Source: a virus. Taken from it: a stretch of DNA of 64,000 bases. A program made the translations under genes and the position numbers. Below, one piece after another: positions 41,351-49,804 of this stretch. Every line of letters begins with the position of its first letter. The first letter of the stretch is position 1. Under the pieces are notes generated by a model. It ran no database searches, was not told the DNA's origin, and saw only the letters and a list, made by a program, of their open reading frames with translations. The stretch covers positions 1 through 64,000 of the IMG/VR virus record IMGVR_UViG_3300044971_002537, one strand, 5' to 3'.

Positions 41351-41618
41351 GAGCCTTTTATTGTTTTATCCTCGATTACACCGTTGTTCACAACCAGATA
41401 GAAACTGCGGGAAAGGTGGCTGATTCGGATCGTGTCGCCAGACTCGGTGTACAAATTCACACGAAACTTGTCCTTGTCCACTTCTCTTATTGTAAACCTA
41501 TCGCAGGCATGATCCTCGGCCCATTGTCTGACTAGGCTTAGACTATCACCAATTTGAATTGTGGTATTGATCTCGACTGGAAAATCAATTTTTGGACTCT
41601 TCTGTGCTTTTTTGGCCA

Positions 41619-42074
41619 TTATTTCCCTAGCGTGTAAATTGTCCAGCTACCTTCGGTAGCATAATCTTCGAGGATATCGTGGACCAGACTTTTGTCGGCC
41701 TTACCGAGGCCACAGCCGATCTCCGGAAGACCTATAGTCTTCCCAGTAAAAGAGAAGTCTCTACAGATTTCGTCCAAGGCTCTCTTGAAGGCTCCATACT
41801 CAAACTTACGACAGGATGTCCCATAGTCATATTGAGCATATAGATTAATAATAGTCAACCCACTCAGGAAGACTGAAGAATATGAGCCGATCCTCTCAAT
41901 CGGGGATCTATAATCGGCCTGATCTACTAAGAAGGCTTTTGGGAATTCTTCCTTGATAAGTTTGGCCACTCCTGAACCCATCGTGGAGAAGCAATTCGCA
42001 CAATGAATCAAGTAGTCGATCTCTTTATTCTTGGCCGCTTCTATTAGGCAACCATTCTTAAAGGATAGGGTCAT
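41619..42074 (-). CDS. Macrodomain (ADP-ribose binding/hydrolase) protein
   Basis: IHCANCFSTMGSGVA...NLYAQY...PEIGCGLG. Confidence 0.85.
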   Translation of the reverse strand: MTLSFKNGCLIEAAKNKEIDYLIHCANCFSTMGSGVAKLIKEEFPKAFLVDQADYRSPIERIGSYSSVFLSGLTIINLYAQYDYGTSCRKFEYGAFKRALDEICRDFSFTGKTIGLPEIGCGLGKADKSLVHDILEDYATEGSWTIYTLGK

Positions 42075-42580
42075 GCGACCTCCAAATCTAGCATTCTGCG
42101 AGTTTCTTCGAAGGACTGACAACCAACATCAACATTGAAGACGCTTTTGCCGAAAGTTGGCAGGTAGGAGTTCTGCTCATCTGTAAGGATGTAAAGCCTT
42201 TCAGGCTTGACATGGTAGTGGCTGACATGCTTAACAGCTTTTTCTAGGAAGATCCCACCACCACCAAAATCATAACAGGCTCTTCTTAGGGCCAACCATA
42301 GATTAAACCCATCGTAGTTGAGCTGTTCGGTCATGTGAGACTGGTCGGAGTCAAGGCCTGAACTGGCGTATAGGGGGGCGTCAGCCCGAAGCTTGATCTC
42401 TGCGGCAAGGGCAGCGGCGATTTGGAGGCGGGAATAATTCCCATTAGGCAACTCCATGCTTCCACTAACGTCCACAATGATAATGGATTTTGGAAGAGGA
42501 GGAAGCTCACGAGCCAGACGAGTGACTTTGTCATCGTTGGCGGGGGAATAGGGTGAATCGAATAGGTCTAGGAAGGTCAT
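42071..42580 (-). CDS. Stand-alone vWA domain of TROVE/Ro60 type
   Basis: MIDAS DVSGSM, SRLQIAAALA, GGGGIFL, ILTDEQ; lacks the large helical TROVE region. Confidence 0.6.
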   Translation of the reverse strand: MTFLDLFDSPYSPANDDKVTRLARELPPLPKSIIIVDVSGSMELPNGNYSRLQIAAALAAEIKLRADAPLYASSGLDSDQSHMTEQLNYDGFNLWLALRRACYDFGGGGIFLEKAVKHVSHYHVKPERLYILTDEQNSYLPTFGKSVFNVDVGCQSFEETRRMLDLEVA

Positions 42581-42623
42581 AAGGCTACGCCCTTAAGAGT
42601 AGGTACTTTTCTTTTACCGAAAG

Positions 42624-42697
42624 TACATCCGAGTAGATTTGCACTACTGACCTGCCGCTTAGAAGGCGGCTGCTCTATCTGACTGAGCTACGGATGC
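42624..42697 (-). tRNA. tRNA-Arg(UCU)
   Basis: GCATCCG/CGGATGT acceptor, GCTC/GAGC D stem, GCCGC-CTTCTAA-GCGGC, AGTAG-TGCAAAT-CTACT; no encoded CCA. Confidence 0.9.
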
Positions 42698-42763
42698 GTA
42701 AAATTGGCGAAGCCAATAAAATGTCCCGGCCCAATAGTGCATGGACCGGGACCTCGTTTTCCG

Positions 42764-42792
42764 ATTATAGCTGACCTTGGTCAGCTTGTCAA
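42764..42792 (-). promoter_or_regulatory. Consensus sigma70 promoter upstream of tRNA-Arg
   Basis: TTGACA, spacer AGCTGACCAAGGTCAGC (17 nt, palindromic), TATAAT. Confidence 0.8.
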
Positions 42793-44060
42793 CTGGATTC
42801 TGGAGAATCACCAATTCTTCAGAATATACTGTTCAACGATCCAGAGAATCCTCATCCCAAACACAGATCCGGTCACAATAAGCCAGAATCCTAGCCAAAA
42901 TTTCTGATTACCGTCCAAGGTTTCGCTCCTTATAGGGGTTTATTCTTCATCATCCATCATAGACATTATTGCTGCGAATAGATAAGCTGGTAACATTAAC
43001 GGTAGAATCAAAATATTCAACCATCCTGAGCGATTGCCAACTAGCAAGAAGGTTTTAGCCAGCATAAAGATGGCTGCGAATCCAAAGATTACTGTTAGTG
43101 CTTCAATCATTGGTTAGTCCGGAAAAATCAATGGGGAGATCCACTGGCTCATGCCGATTTTTCGGCAGTTTATCCCAAGCTCGCCTATGAAGAGTTATAG
43201 TGTAGTGCGACAGCATACACCAGAAGACTTCACGATGTAGTACGTGAGTACGTTGTACATCCATAGTAGCTTCATAAAATGCATCGATATGAACAGGAGG
43301 GAAGACTGGGTAATCTATATTCTTAGGGTCAGGATCGGTAAAAAGGAAGTAGTGCTTCCCAGCATGGGGCGTTTTGAATACGCCACTATACCGAAGAACC
43401 CTTTGATAAGAGGCATCAGAACAGCATGGGATACAATGAACCACTCCACTACCGGGTAGATGACATGGGCACTTACATGGGTAGTATGGGCTTTTATACT
43501 CCACGAAGTAGAGGGCCTTGTATACAAGGCCAAATTGGGCGGCTAAAGCCTCTTGAATATCTTTCATTAGCCAGCACTACTTAAAAAGTGAAGAGAGATA
43601 TCTCCGGGGAGTTTATCCTTAAGCTCCGTCATTAACTTTACGAGATAGCTGATCTCGACTGAGCCTTCGAGTAGGTCAACCCTGCCCATATCACGTTCGT
43701 TACCGATGAATGTGCCGATACAGAAGTAGGCTTCGCCATCAGAGTCGTCTTCTTGGACATAAGAATCAAGATCAAGCTCAGCAGCGATGTTCTCAATCAT
43801 ACAACACCAGTCGTCGCTCTCTTCTCCCATGAAGACATACTTAAGTTCGGATTCCCGAACTAGAACTCTTTCAGTCCCAGTAATTTTGCCGGTTTTGGGA
43901 TTGTAGCGGTTTTGATCTTCATAGGTCGCTTCCGCTACCATTACTGTGATATCAGAGAGAGGAACCTCGATTCCTACCATGCACTTCTGCTGAAAATTAA
44001 CGCCCATTTCAACTCCAATTAACTAGGCTCACTACCAATTGTGCTAGAGCTATGCTCAAG

Positions 44061-44134
44061 TGGTCCCGGTCAGATTCCAACTGACAACTTTTTCCTCTTA
44101 AGGGAAACGCCTCTGGCAATTGGGCTACGAGACC
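44061..44134 (-). tRNA. tRNA-Leu(UAA)-like with a short variable loop
   Basis: GGTCTCG/CGGGACC acceptor, TTTCC-CTTAAGA-GGAAA, GTCAG-TTGGAAT-CTGAC, discriminator A. Confidence 0.8.
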
Positions 44135-44136
44135 AA

Positions 44137-44206
44137 GCACGAGAATAAGGAATCGGACCTTAAAAGTAGATTTTGGAGATCCACCTGCCGCCACGGCATC
44201 CTCGTG
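44137..44206 (-). tRNA. Non-canonical tRNA with a CCA (Trp) anticodon
   Basis: CACGAGGA/TTCTCGTG, GCCG-TGG-CGGC, GTGGAT-CTCCAAA-ATCTAC, TTT, TAAGG-TCCGATT-CCTTA. Confidence 0.7.
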
Positions 44207-44891
44207 AATGTTGGTCTCGAAACCAACCGGACAGCCGTTAGCCTGCCTTTGTCTATTGCCGCCGACGAATTTGGCAGACTGCTACAAGAGGCCATGTTAG
44301 TGGCCTCATTGTACTACTTACTTCTCGTTTGTCGAGTGGAAATGAATGAGTTTCCTCAAAAATTCCCAGAGGGGACGAGACGGTCTTCCCTCGTATCCGC
44401 TGCCACCGGCAGCATCCACACTGAACACCTGTACATCAAGCTGTAGATCTGAGACTACCTCTTCGACCCGACCATCCTTGAGACAGATGACTACGGTCCC
44501 ATCCACCTTGGTGGTTCCATCTAGGTTTCTGGCTGGAGTTGTTTGGATCATGGCTTCGCCTATTTGTACGGTGGGTAAGTGAGCTTTGCTCACTTTTAGT
44601 CGACGACTACCTCAACTTCCAACATTCTACATCGCTCGACGGCAAAGTCAAGAGCGTCTTGGAACATTTTGCTCATATTGGACAGCAGGAGATCGTGCCC
44701 ACTATTGATAGCTTTGATCACGCCCTTGTGTTGGCGAGCGGCAGCGTCTTTTGGATCGCCGAGCTTCTCATATTGGAGCCAATTTGGCCACAAGTGGCTC
44801 TCCCAAACACAATAGAAGAGCATCATCTCTGCTGGGGTTCCACGGACTGAGACGACTTCGTTGTCGGAACTTTTGCTTACTTTGATCATGA

Positions 44892-45713
44892 TTAATTCTC
44901 GATATCTAGTAATGTGATCTTGTGACGATCCAAAACCCCAATAGCACAAAAATATGCTATAGAAACAACCTCAACACCTTCTCTTTTATCTGGAATCTGT
45001 GTGACCTTGTGAGTCTTAGCGTCAAACTTAAAGGCAGTATTAAAGCCCATAAGTGGCGGCAAGTGCGGTAACTGCGTAAGTACCATAGTATCTGGTCTGT
45101 CGCACCTAACCATTAGGCCAACATCTTCTTTGAACTTAAGCATGGCACAATTGGCCATGTGGTCTTGGAATGGTTGGCCCTTCCCGAGAAGGTGACTACA
45201 GATGACGTTTTCTGCGAGAAAAGGAGGAGAAGGAAACGCAAATCTTGCGTCAAGAGTTTCAGGACTGATGACGAACTTATGTCGTGGGGAATTGGTAGAA
45301 AGGATATGGGATTTTTCATACCCGAAAATCGCACGAGATTCGGCTCCTGCCGCAAATAAGGTATGCAGCATGTCGGACTCTATGCGTCTTTCTAGACCTC
45401 TAGCAAGTACTTCGTAAACTCTCTTAACGAGAGCTGGTCTGTCTTTATGCTCAGTTTTATATGTGACGTTCTGCTGGATCATATAGGGGATAATGCGAAT
45501 AGTGTGTTTACCATCCCCAAAAAAGTCGATAGGGAACTCAAGCTCTTCAGTTCTTGTAAAGAGCCGTGCAATATCAGGCAGCTTAAAATCACAAAAGGTG
45601 GCAAAGCGATCAGCGGCAAGGACGTTCGTGTTAGGAGTCGCAATAGCCGAGCCAGTGAACAAAGGCATAGCAGACAGGCCACAGAACTTAGCGAATGATC
45701 TTCTTGATAGCAT
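44892..45713 (-). CDS. Tat-signal protein, putative diverged major-capsid paralog
   Basis: N-terminal MLSRRSFAK..hydrophobic..AIA twin-arginine signal; the body has capsid-like motifs (see findings). Confidence 0.55.
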   Translation of the reverse strand: MLSRRSFAKFCGLSAMPLFTGSAIATPNTNVLAADRFATFCDFKLPDIARLFTRTEELEFPIDFFGDGKHTIRIIPYMIQQNVTYKTEHKDRPALVKRVYEVLARGLERRIESDMLHTLFAAGAESRAIFGYEKSHILSTNSPRHKFVISPETLDARFAFPSPPFLAENVICSHLLGKGQPFQDHMANCAMLKFKEDVGLMVRCDRPDTMVLTQLPHLPPLMGFNTAFKFDAKTHKVTQIPDKREGVEVVSIAYFCAIGVLDRHKITLLDIEN

Positions 45714-45728
45714 AATGTCTCCGATATT

Positions 45729-46005
45729 TAAAAAAACCTATGGTGCCGAAAGCACCAAATTCCAGATGCTGGTAATGCACCAGTTGCCACTTCCTACTAT
45801 ATTGATGGCATGCGGGTTACAGCCGCACAGCAGGATCATCTGGAGATTACGGTCTGTGATAGCTCTCCTATTAGACGTAGGATTACTCAGACCGGCGATT
45901 CTTTTGAGTGAACGCCCGTGGTCCCAAGAATCTGCTAAAGAAAACACCCTACCGGAATAAGCTTATCAACCCTTGTCTAAGGGGTTGCATCACCTATTCT
46001 GTCTC
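45729..46005 (-). ncRNA. Unclassified ~270-nt structured RNA ending in a terminator
   Basis: Nested stems (TCCAGATG/CATCTGGA closing three hairpins; CGGTCTG/CAGACCG; CAACCCC/GGGTTG) and a final TGGTGC-TTTCG-GCACCA hairpin before a T7 tract. Confidence 0.55.
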
Positions 46006-46213
46006 GCCTGAAAATTATAGAAGGCCAAGGGCCTTCCCACAAACCGCACAAGATCTTGCCCAATAGGGCCACATATCCGTATCGTGAACTAAGCTGTGGT
46101 CACACACCCTATGATGATGCCAATTCTTCTTAGCCTCAGTGATCTCTTCAGGAGTCACGTCCTCAAGGCGGGACCGCCCATTCTCTTTGACTTCTCTAAC
46201 AATAGGACCGAAC

Positions 46214-46651
46214 TCACTCATTAGCTTCCTCCAAAATGGCAAGTGCTAACTCGTACTTGTCAATTCGCTGCTTCTGCTTTGGTGATAAATCGCTCAGGTT
46301 ATCATTGAGATCTGCGATCTTAACCACTGAAGCCGTAGGATTAGTGCGAAGCCTCATGATGTATTCTGCGTATGACTCGTCTTCGTCGTGGGTCAGACAC
46401 TGAACTACCTTCTTTACCTCGGGACCGAATTTATCTTGAATCTCTTCATAGAGCAATCCAGTATCCTCGACCGTATCATGCAGCCAGCCCACGATTTGGT
46501 AAATCTTTGGATATCCTTGGTCCCTAAGCCATTTTGCCACTCTGGCAGGATGAGCAATATAGGGAGTACCATCCCATCTAGTCTGGCCTTCGTGGGCCTT
46601 AGTGGCTACCTGTTCAGCTAATAAAAGTTGTTGACTCATAGATTCGTCCAT
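46214..46651 (-). CDS. Single-domain RelA/SpoT-type HD hydrolase (small alarmone hydrolase, Mesh1-like)
   Basis: AHEGQTR.DGTPYIAHP..VA, WLHDTVEDT, LTH, VKIADLNDN. Confidence 0.85.
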   Translation of the reverse strand: MDESMSQQLLLAEQVATKAHEGQTRWDGTPYIAHPARVAKWLRDQGYPKIYQIVGWLHDTVEDTGLLYEEIQDKFGPEVKKVVQCLTHDEDESYAEYIMRLRTNPTASVVKIADLNDNLSDLSPKQKQRIDKYELALAILEEANE

Positions 46652-46732
46652 TTTAGTTGTTCTCCGAACTCCATATGGCTCCTGTAATGGCTCAACACCT
46701 TTTGACACTTCCATAGTTCTTATCTCTTAAAA

Positions 46733-46851
46733 GTCCTCAGAACTCTGACGCTGGCAGATTCGAACTGCCTCGGTGGTAGCTAACCGTGTTCCCACAACTT
46801 TTCATCGGAGTCGAACCGAATGCCTTCCTTTTCGTCAGAGTCCGGAGGACT
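46733..46851 (-). ncRNA. tRNA-mimic-like RNA with two T-arms inside a long closing helix
   Basis: A ~19-bp terminal stem encloses TCGG-TTCGACT-CCGA and GGCAG-TTCGAAT-CTGCC. Confidence 0.65.
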
Positions 46852-47401
46852 CATCAATTCGATTAGCAGCAACTAATCTGCAAAATTCTATGACTTGCTC
46901 GTCTGAATATTTGTTTCTAGCCATGTTCGCCATATGACAGACAAACCTTATGTTTCCGCGAACATATCCTATCGAGTTATCTATTCTGTCTACTGAAGCA
47001 CAATAGGCAGTAATCCTAGATTTTAAACTATCCTTCATTGTTCTTAGGGACATTTTTATTCCAGCGAATGGGCAAATACCATCCTGACTATCCCAAACCT
47101 CTTTTAAGTAGCCGATATCAAAATCAATCGAACTATTCTTTTTCTTCCTATCCGGGTTCTTAATGCACTTCATATGAAGCCGAAATGGAGAAAGATCATC
47201 TCCCTCTCGCACACCTTTGATGTGGAGAGCTTGGCCATTTGTGTATGGAGCAAGTCTCTCTACATTTTCTGCTACTTTGCTACCGCACTTGTTATTGCAA
47301 TAGAATTTACATTTTCCCAGCCTAATCCTACGGTTATACTCACCAACTGGTTTTAGTACGATCCCGCCGCAATAATCACAATTTACTTCTATTTTTCTCA
47401 T
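46835..47401 (-). CDS. HNH-type homing endonuclease
   Basis: CDYCG...YCNNKC zinc motif; W.SQDGICP..G, ASVDRIDNSIGYVRGNIRFVC..AN. Confidence 0.8.
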   Translation of the reverse strand: MRKIEVNCDYCGGIVLKPVGEYNRRIRLGKCKFYCNNKCGSKVAENVERLAPYTNGQALHIKGVREGDDLSPFRLHMKCIKNPDRKKKNSSIDFDIGYLKEVWDSQDGICPFAGIKMSLRTMKDSLKSRITAYCASVDRIDNSIGYVRGNIRFVCHMANMARNKYSDEQVIEFCRLVAANRIDESSGL

Positions 47402-47455
47402 AATGGCCCTCCTTAATAGAATACGCTATTAAAGTGGATCATGAGAGAAAATTAA

Positions 47456-47729
47456 TGGACCGTGGCGGTTTCGCTCCGCCGTCATGGACTAATCTCATCA
47501 ATAACATCTACGGGTGTATGGGGCTAAAGCCCCCGGTTCGTGTGGTCAGCCAAGCTGACGTTGCGTATCGTTGCTCTCATGCTTTTGTAAGGAGGGGCAT
47601 GAGGCCCTCCAGCCTACGCGGCTACAGCAAAGGATTTTGCAGTTATTGTTCGGTCAATTTTTAAGGAGCCGTTGACCAACTCCTACCCGCAGTTATTGCC
47701 TTAATTGCCATTCAAATCAATTACGGCCC
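47456..47729 (-). ncRNA. ssrA: tmRNA, compact (274 nt); tag (A)AKSFAVAA
   Basis: GGGCCGT/ACGGTCC-A acceptor with G3:U70; T arm GGCGG-AGCGAAA-CCGCC; pk1 (GGAG/CTCC with GGTCAA/TTGACC); ATAACT then GCA AAA TCC TTT GCT GTA GCC GCG TAG at 47640-47614. Confidence 0.9.
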
Positions 47730-47955
47730 GTTTGGCTTCGCCTTAGTAGGGAGTCTCACTGAAAGTGAGGTTCCTTAGAATATGATCGGCCACTTCAATC
47801 CCGGAATAGGTCTCCCAATTCCCCGAGATTGCATTGTAATAGCCAATCTTCTTGTCGTCCCGGAAGTACTGGACTGAGACGATCATCTCATTCACTACGT
47901 ATTCGCCAATCTTATCAAAGAGGATGGTATCCTCAAAGTCTTCTCTGGTCATGGC

Positions 47956-49236
47956 CTAGCCTTTCAAGGACTCTTCGTCTTCAATAGAAACAACGCCATC
48001 GTCAAGCTGCTTAGTCTCATGACCAAGGAATACAGGAGACTTAGCTTTATATAGAGAAGGAGTAAGCCCATTGTCAATACGGATTACTACGCCTTCGTCT
48101 ACCGTCTTAGGATCAGACAGAGGAAGGCACTGTGAGTATCCACGATCAACATATCGCATGTCCATAAAGTCTTCGTAGTTGAAGTCTTTCTTATGCCCAC
48201 GCCACATTTCTGGGCAAATCTTTACTCCATTTTCAGTACACCACTTCTTCATACCATCATATGGCAGGTCTACACAGATACCGTCTTCGTTAACCACGGC
48301 AATTCGGTAAACATAGATGTCAAAACATCCTGCCTTCTGATCATATGTATAACCCTTCTGAATTGGCGAGTTGTTAGACCAACCAATAAGTTCGCCATAG
48401 ATCACCCAGTTCTTCGGAATAAGGTGGCCAATTTTATCTAGGGCCTGATTCCAAAGGTCTGAGCAGTAGAAGCCTACTTGATCTGTGTCCCTGATTTTAA
48501 CAACAGTTCGAGATCCTGCAATGAGTTGATAGTCAGATTTTCGAAAAAGCTTTTCGAGAAACTTTACGATCTTCCAATTGCCAAATCCCTTGTTGTACAG
48601 ACGAACTAGCCACTTTGGAAACTTGATCATCTTCTGGTGAGTCAGACGAAAACTCGTCCCGTGTAATTTTTGGCTGACAATGATGTATGCATCGTCATTT
48701 ACGGAAGAACGATTTCGTCCCCAGTTTGACGTATCGATATGCTCTGGGAACAGCTTTGAATTGAATAGCTGTCGAGTCTTGATCTTTGTAGATTTAGGCC
48801 CAGAAGACTGCTGTGTAAGAATAATGTACTTCTTACAAACTTCCTCGTCCGCAAGGACATTAAACATATCCCCTTCCTTTAGGTGGGAGATATCGCCCAA
48901 ATACCCAAGAGAAGAAATCGGCATGATCAAAGCAGAAGATACATTGCCACGAAGCTTGACAGCCCGCACACGTCTCTTGTTATTGATATAGCCCTTCTGA
49001 GTCTTATCCTTGTTTAGGTCTGACTTATCAAAAAGATTGTTCTCAAAACAATACTTATCAGAAAGCTGAGACTCTGCGGTAAAGAAGACATACAGTTGAT
49101 CTAGGTCATAGTCCTTAGGAACCAAGGCATTAAACCCGAACAATGGTACTCCGACCAGATTGTCCAGACCGTCCAGCTTGACTGTGGACTTGATCCGGAT
49201 GATAGTCGCACAATAGTTTTCATTATTCAGAATCAT
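47956..49236 (-). CDS. RNA ligase (Rnl2-like/DRB0094 type)
   Basis: Motif I QKLHGTS, GSR, IYGELIG, EGVVIR, YKAKS; N-terminal OB-like module (VRAVKLRGNVS). Confidence 0.8.
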   Translation of the reverse strand: MILNNENYCATIIRIKSTVKLDGLDNLVGVPLFGFNALVPKDYDLDQLYVFFTAESQLSDKYCFENNLFDKSDLNKDKTQKGYINNKRRVRAVKLRGNVSSALIMPISSLGYLGDISHLKEGDMFNVLADEEVCKKYIILTQQSSGPKSTKIKTRQLFNSKLFPEHIDTSNWGRNRSSVNDDAYIIVSQKLHGTSFRLTHQKMIKFPKWLVRLYNKGFGNWKIVKFLEKLFRKSDYQLIAGSRTVVKIRDTDQVGFYCSDLWNQALDKIGHLIPKNWVIYGELIGWSNNSPIQKGYTYDQKAGCFDIYVYRIAVVNEDGICVDLPYDGMKKWCTENGVKICPEMWRGHKKDFNYEDFMDMRYVDRGYSQCLPLSDPKTVDEGVVIRIDNGLTPSLYKAKSPVFLGHETKQLDDGVVSIEDEESLKG

Positions 49237-49636
49237 CTTGGTCTCCCCTGAGGCCGAGCCTCCTGATTTCTCTTTTACTGAGTTGTCTTTTCTTCCAACT
49301 GGTCAGACCACCGTATAGTATCATGGATTCACGGTGTGTCAAGATCTAAGTTGTTCATGGCTACGCCTTTTTAGTCGGAGTTTTCTAACAAGAATAAACG
49401 GCGATACCAATATCCAGCATACAGCAAAAAATACAAGGGAGGTCAAGACAAGCGGCCAAAACACAATACTTAAACAGACTGATTCGTCATTACTGAATGG
49501 CTCAGACGTAAGGAGTTGATCACTTTCCTGACTAAAGAATACCCACCAAATAGTTCGGGCTGCAATAGCTATAAATATTGGTGTGATATAGACAGGAATG
49601 ATCCAGTTCACGACTTCGTCCTTATAAATAGATAAA

Positions 49637-49803
49637 TCTCCTCAAGAGAAAGAGTACAGCCACAACTCAAGCGATCAACATGAGTTGCCTAAAACATACG
49701 TCGTGTTTTTATCCCCCAGCCTAGACTTGTCTCTGGGTGTTTATTTCACGAGAACCACGGTCAAATAGTCGCCTTATACGTTACCTGTATTCTCTTGAGG
49801 AGA
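49637..49803 (-). ncRNA. Unclassified ~165-nt closed RNA domain
   Basis: A 14-bp perfect terminal stem TCTCCTCAAGAGAA/TTCTCTTGAGGAGA, extended by TACAG/CTGTA, with internal hairpins. Confidence 0.55.
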
Positions 49804-49804
49804 A

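Noticed and set aside
44015-44055. A third tRNA after tRNA-Leu (TAGCACAATTGGTAGTG D-arm-like sequence)
   Set aside because: No anticodon arm, T arm or acceptor partner follows; at most a 5' remnant.
44009-44446. ORFs 44009-44194 (-) and 44120-44446 (+)
   Set aside because: They overlie tRNA genes and show no protein-like motifs.
47434-47664. ORF 47434-47664 (+)
   Set aside because: Antisense to the tmRNA.
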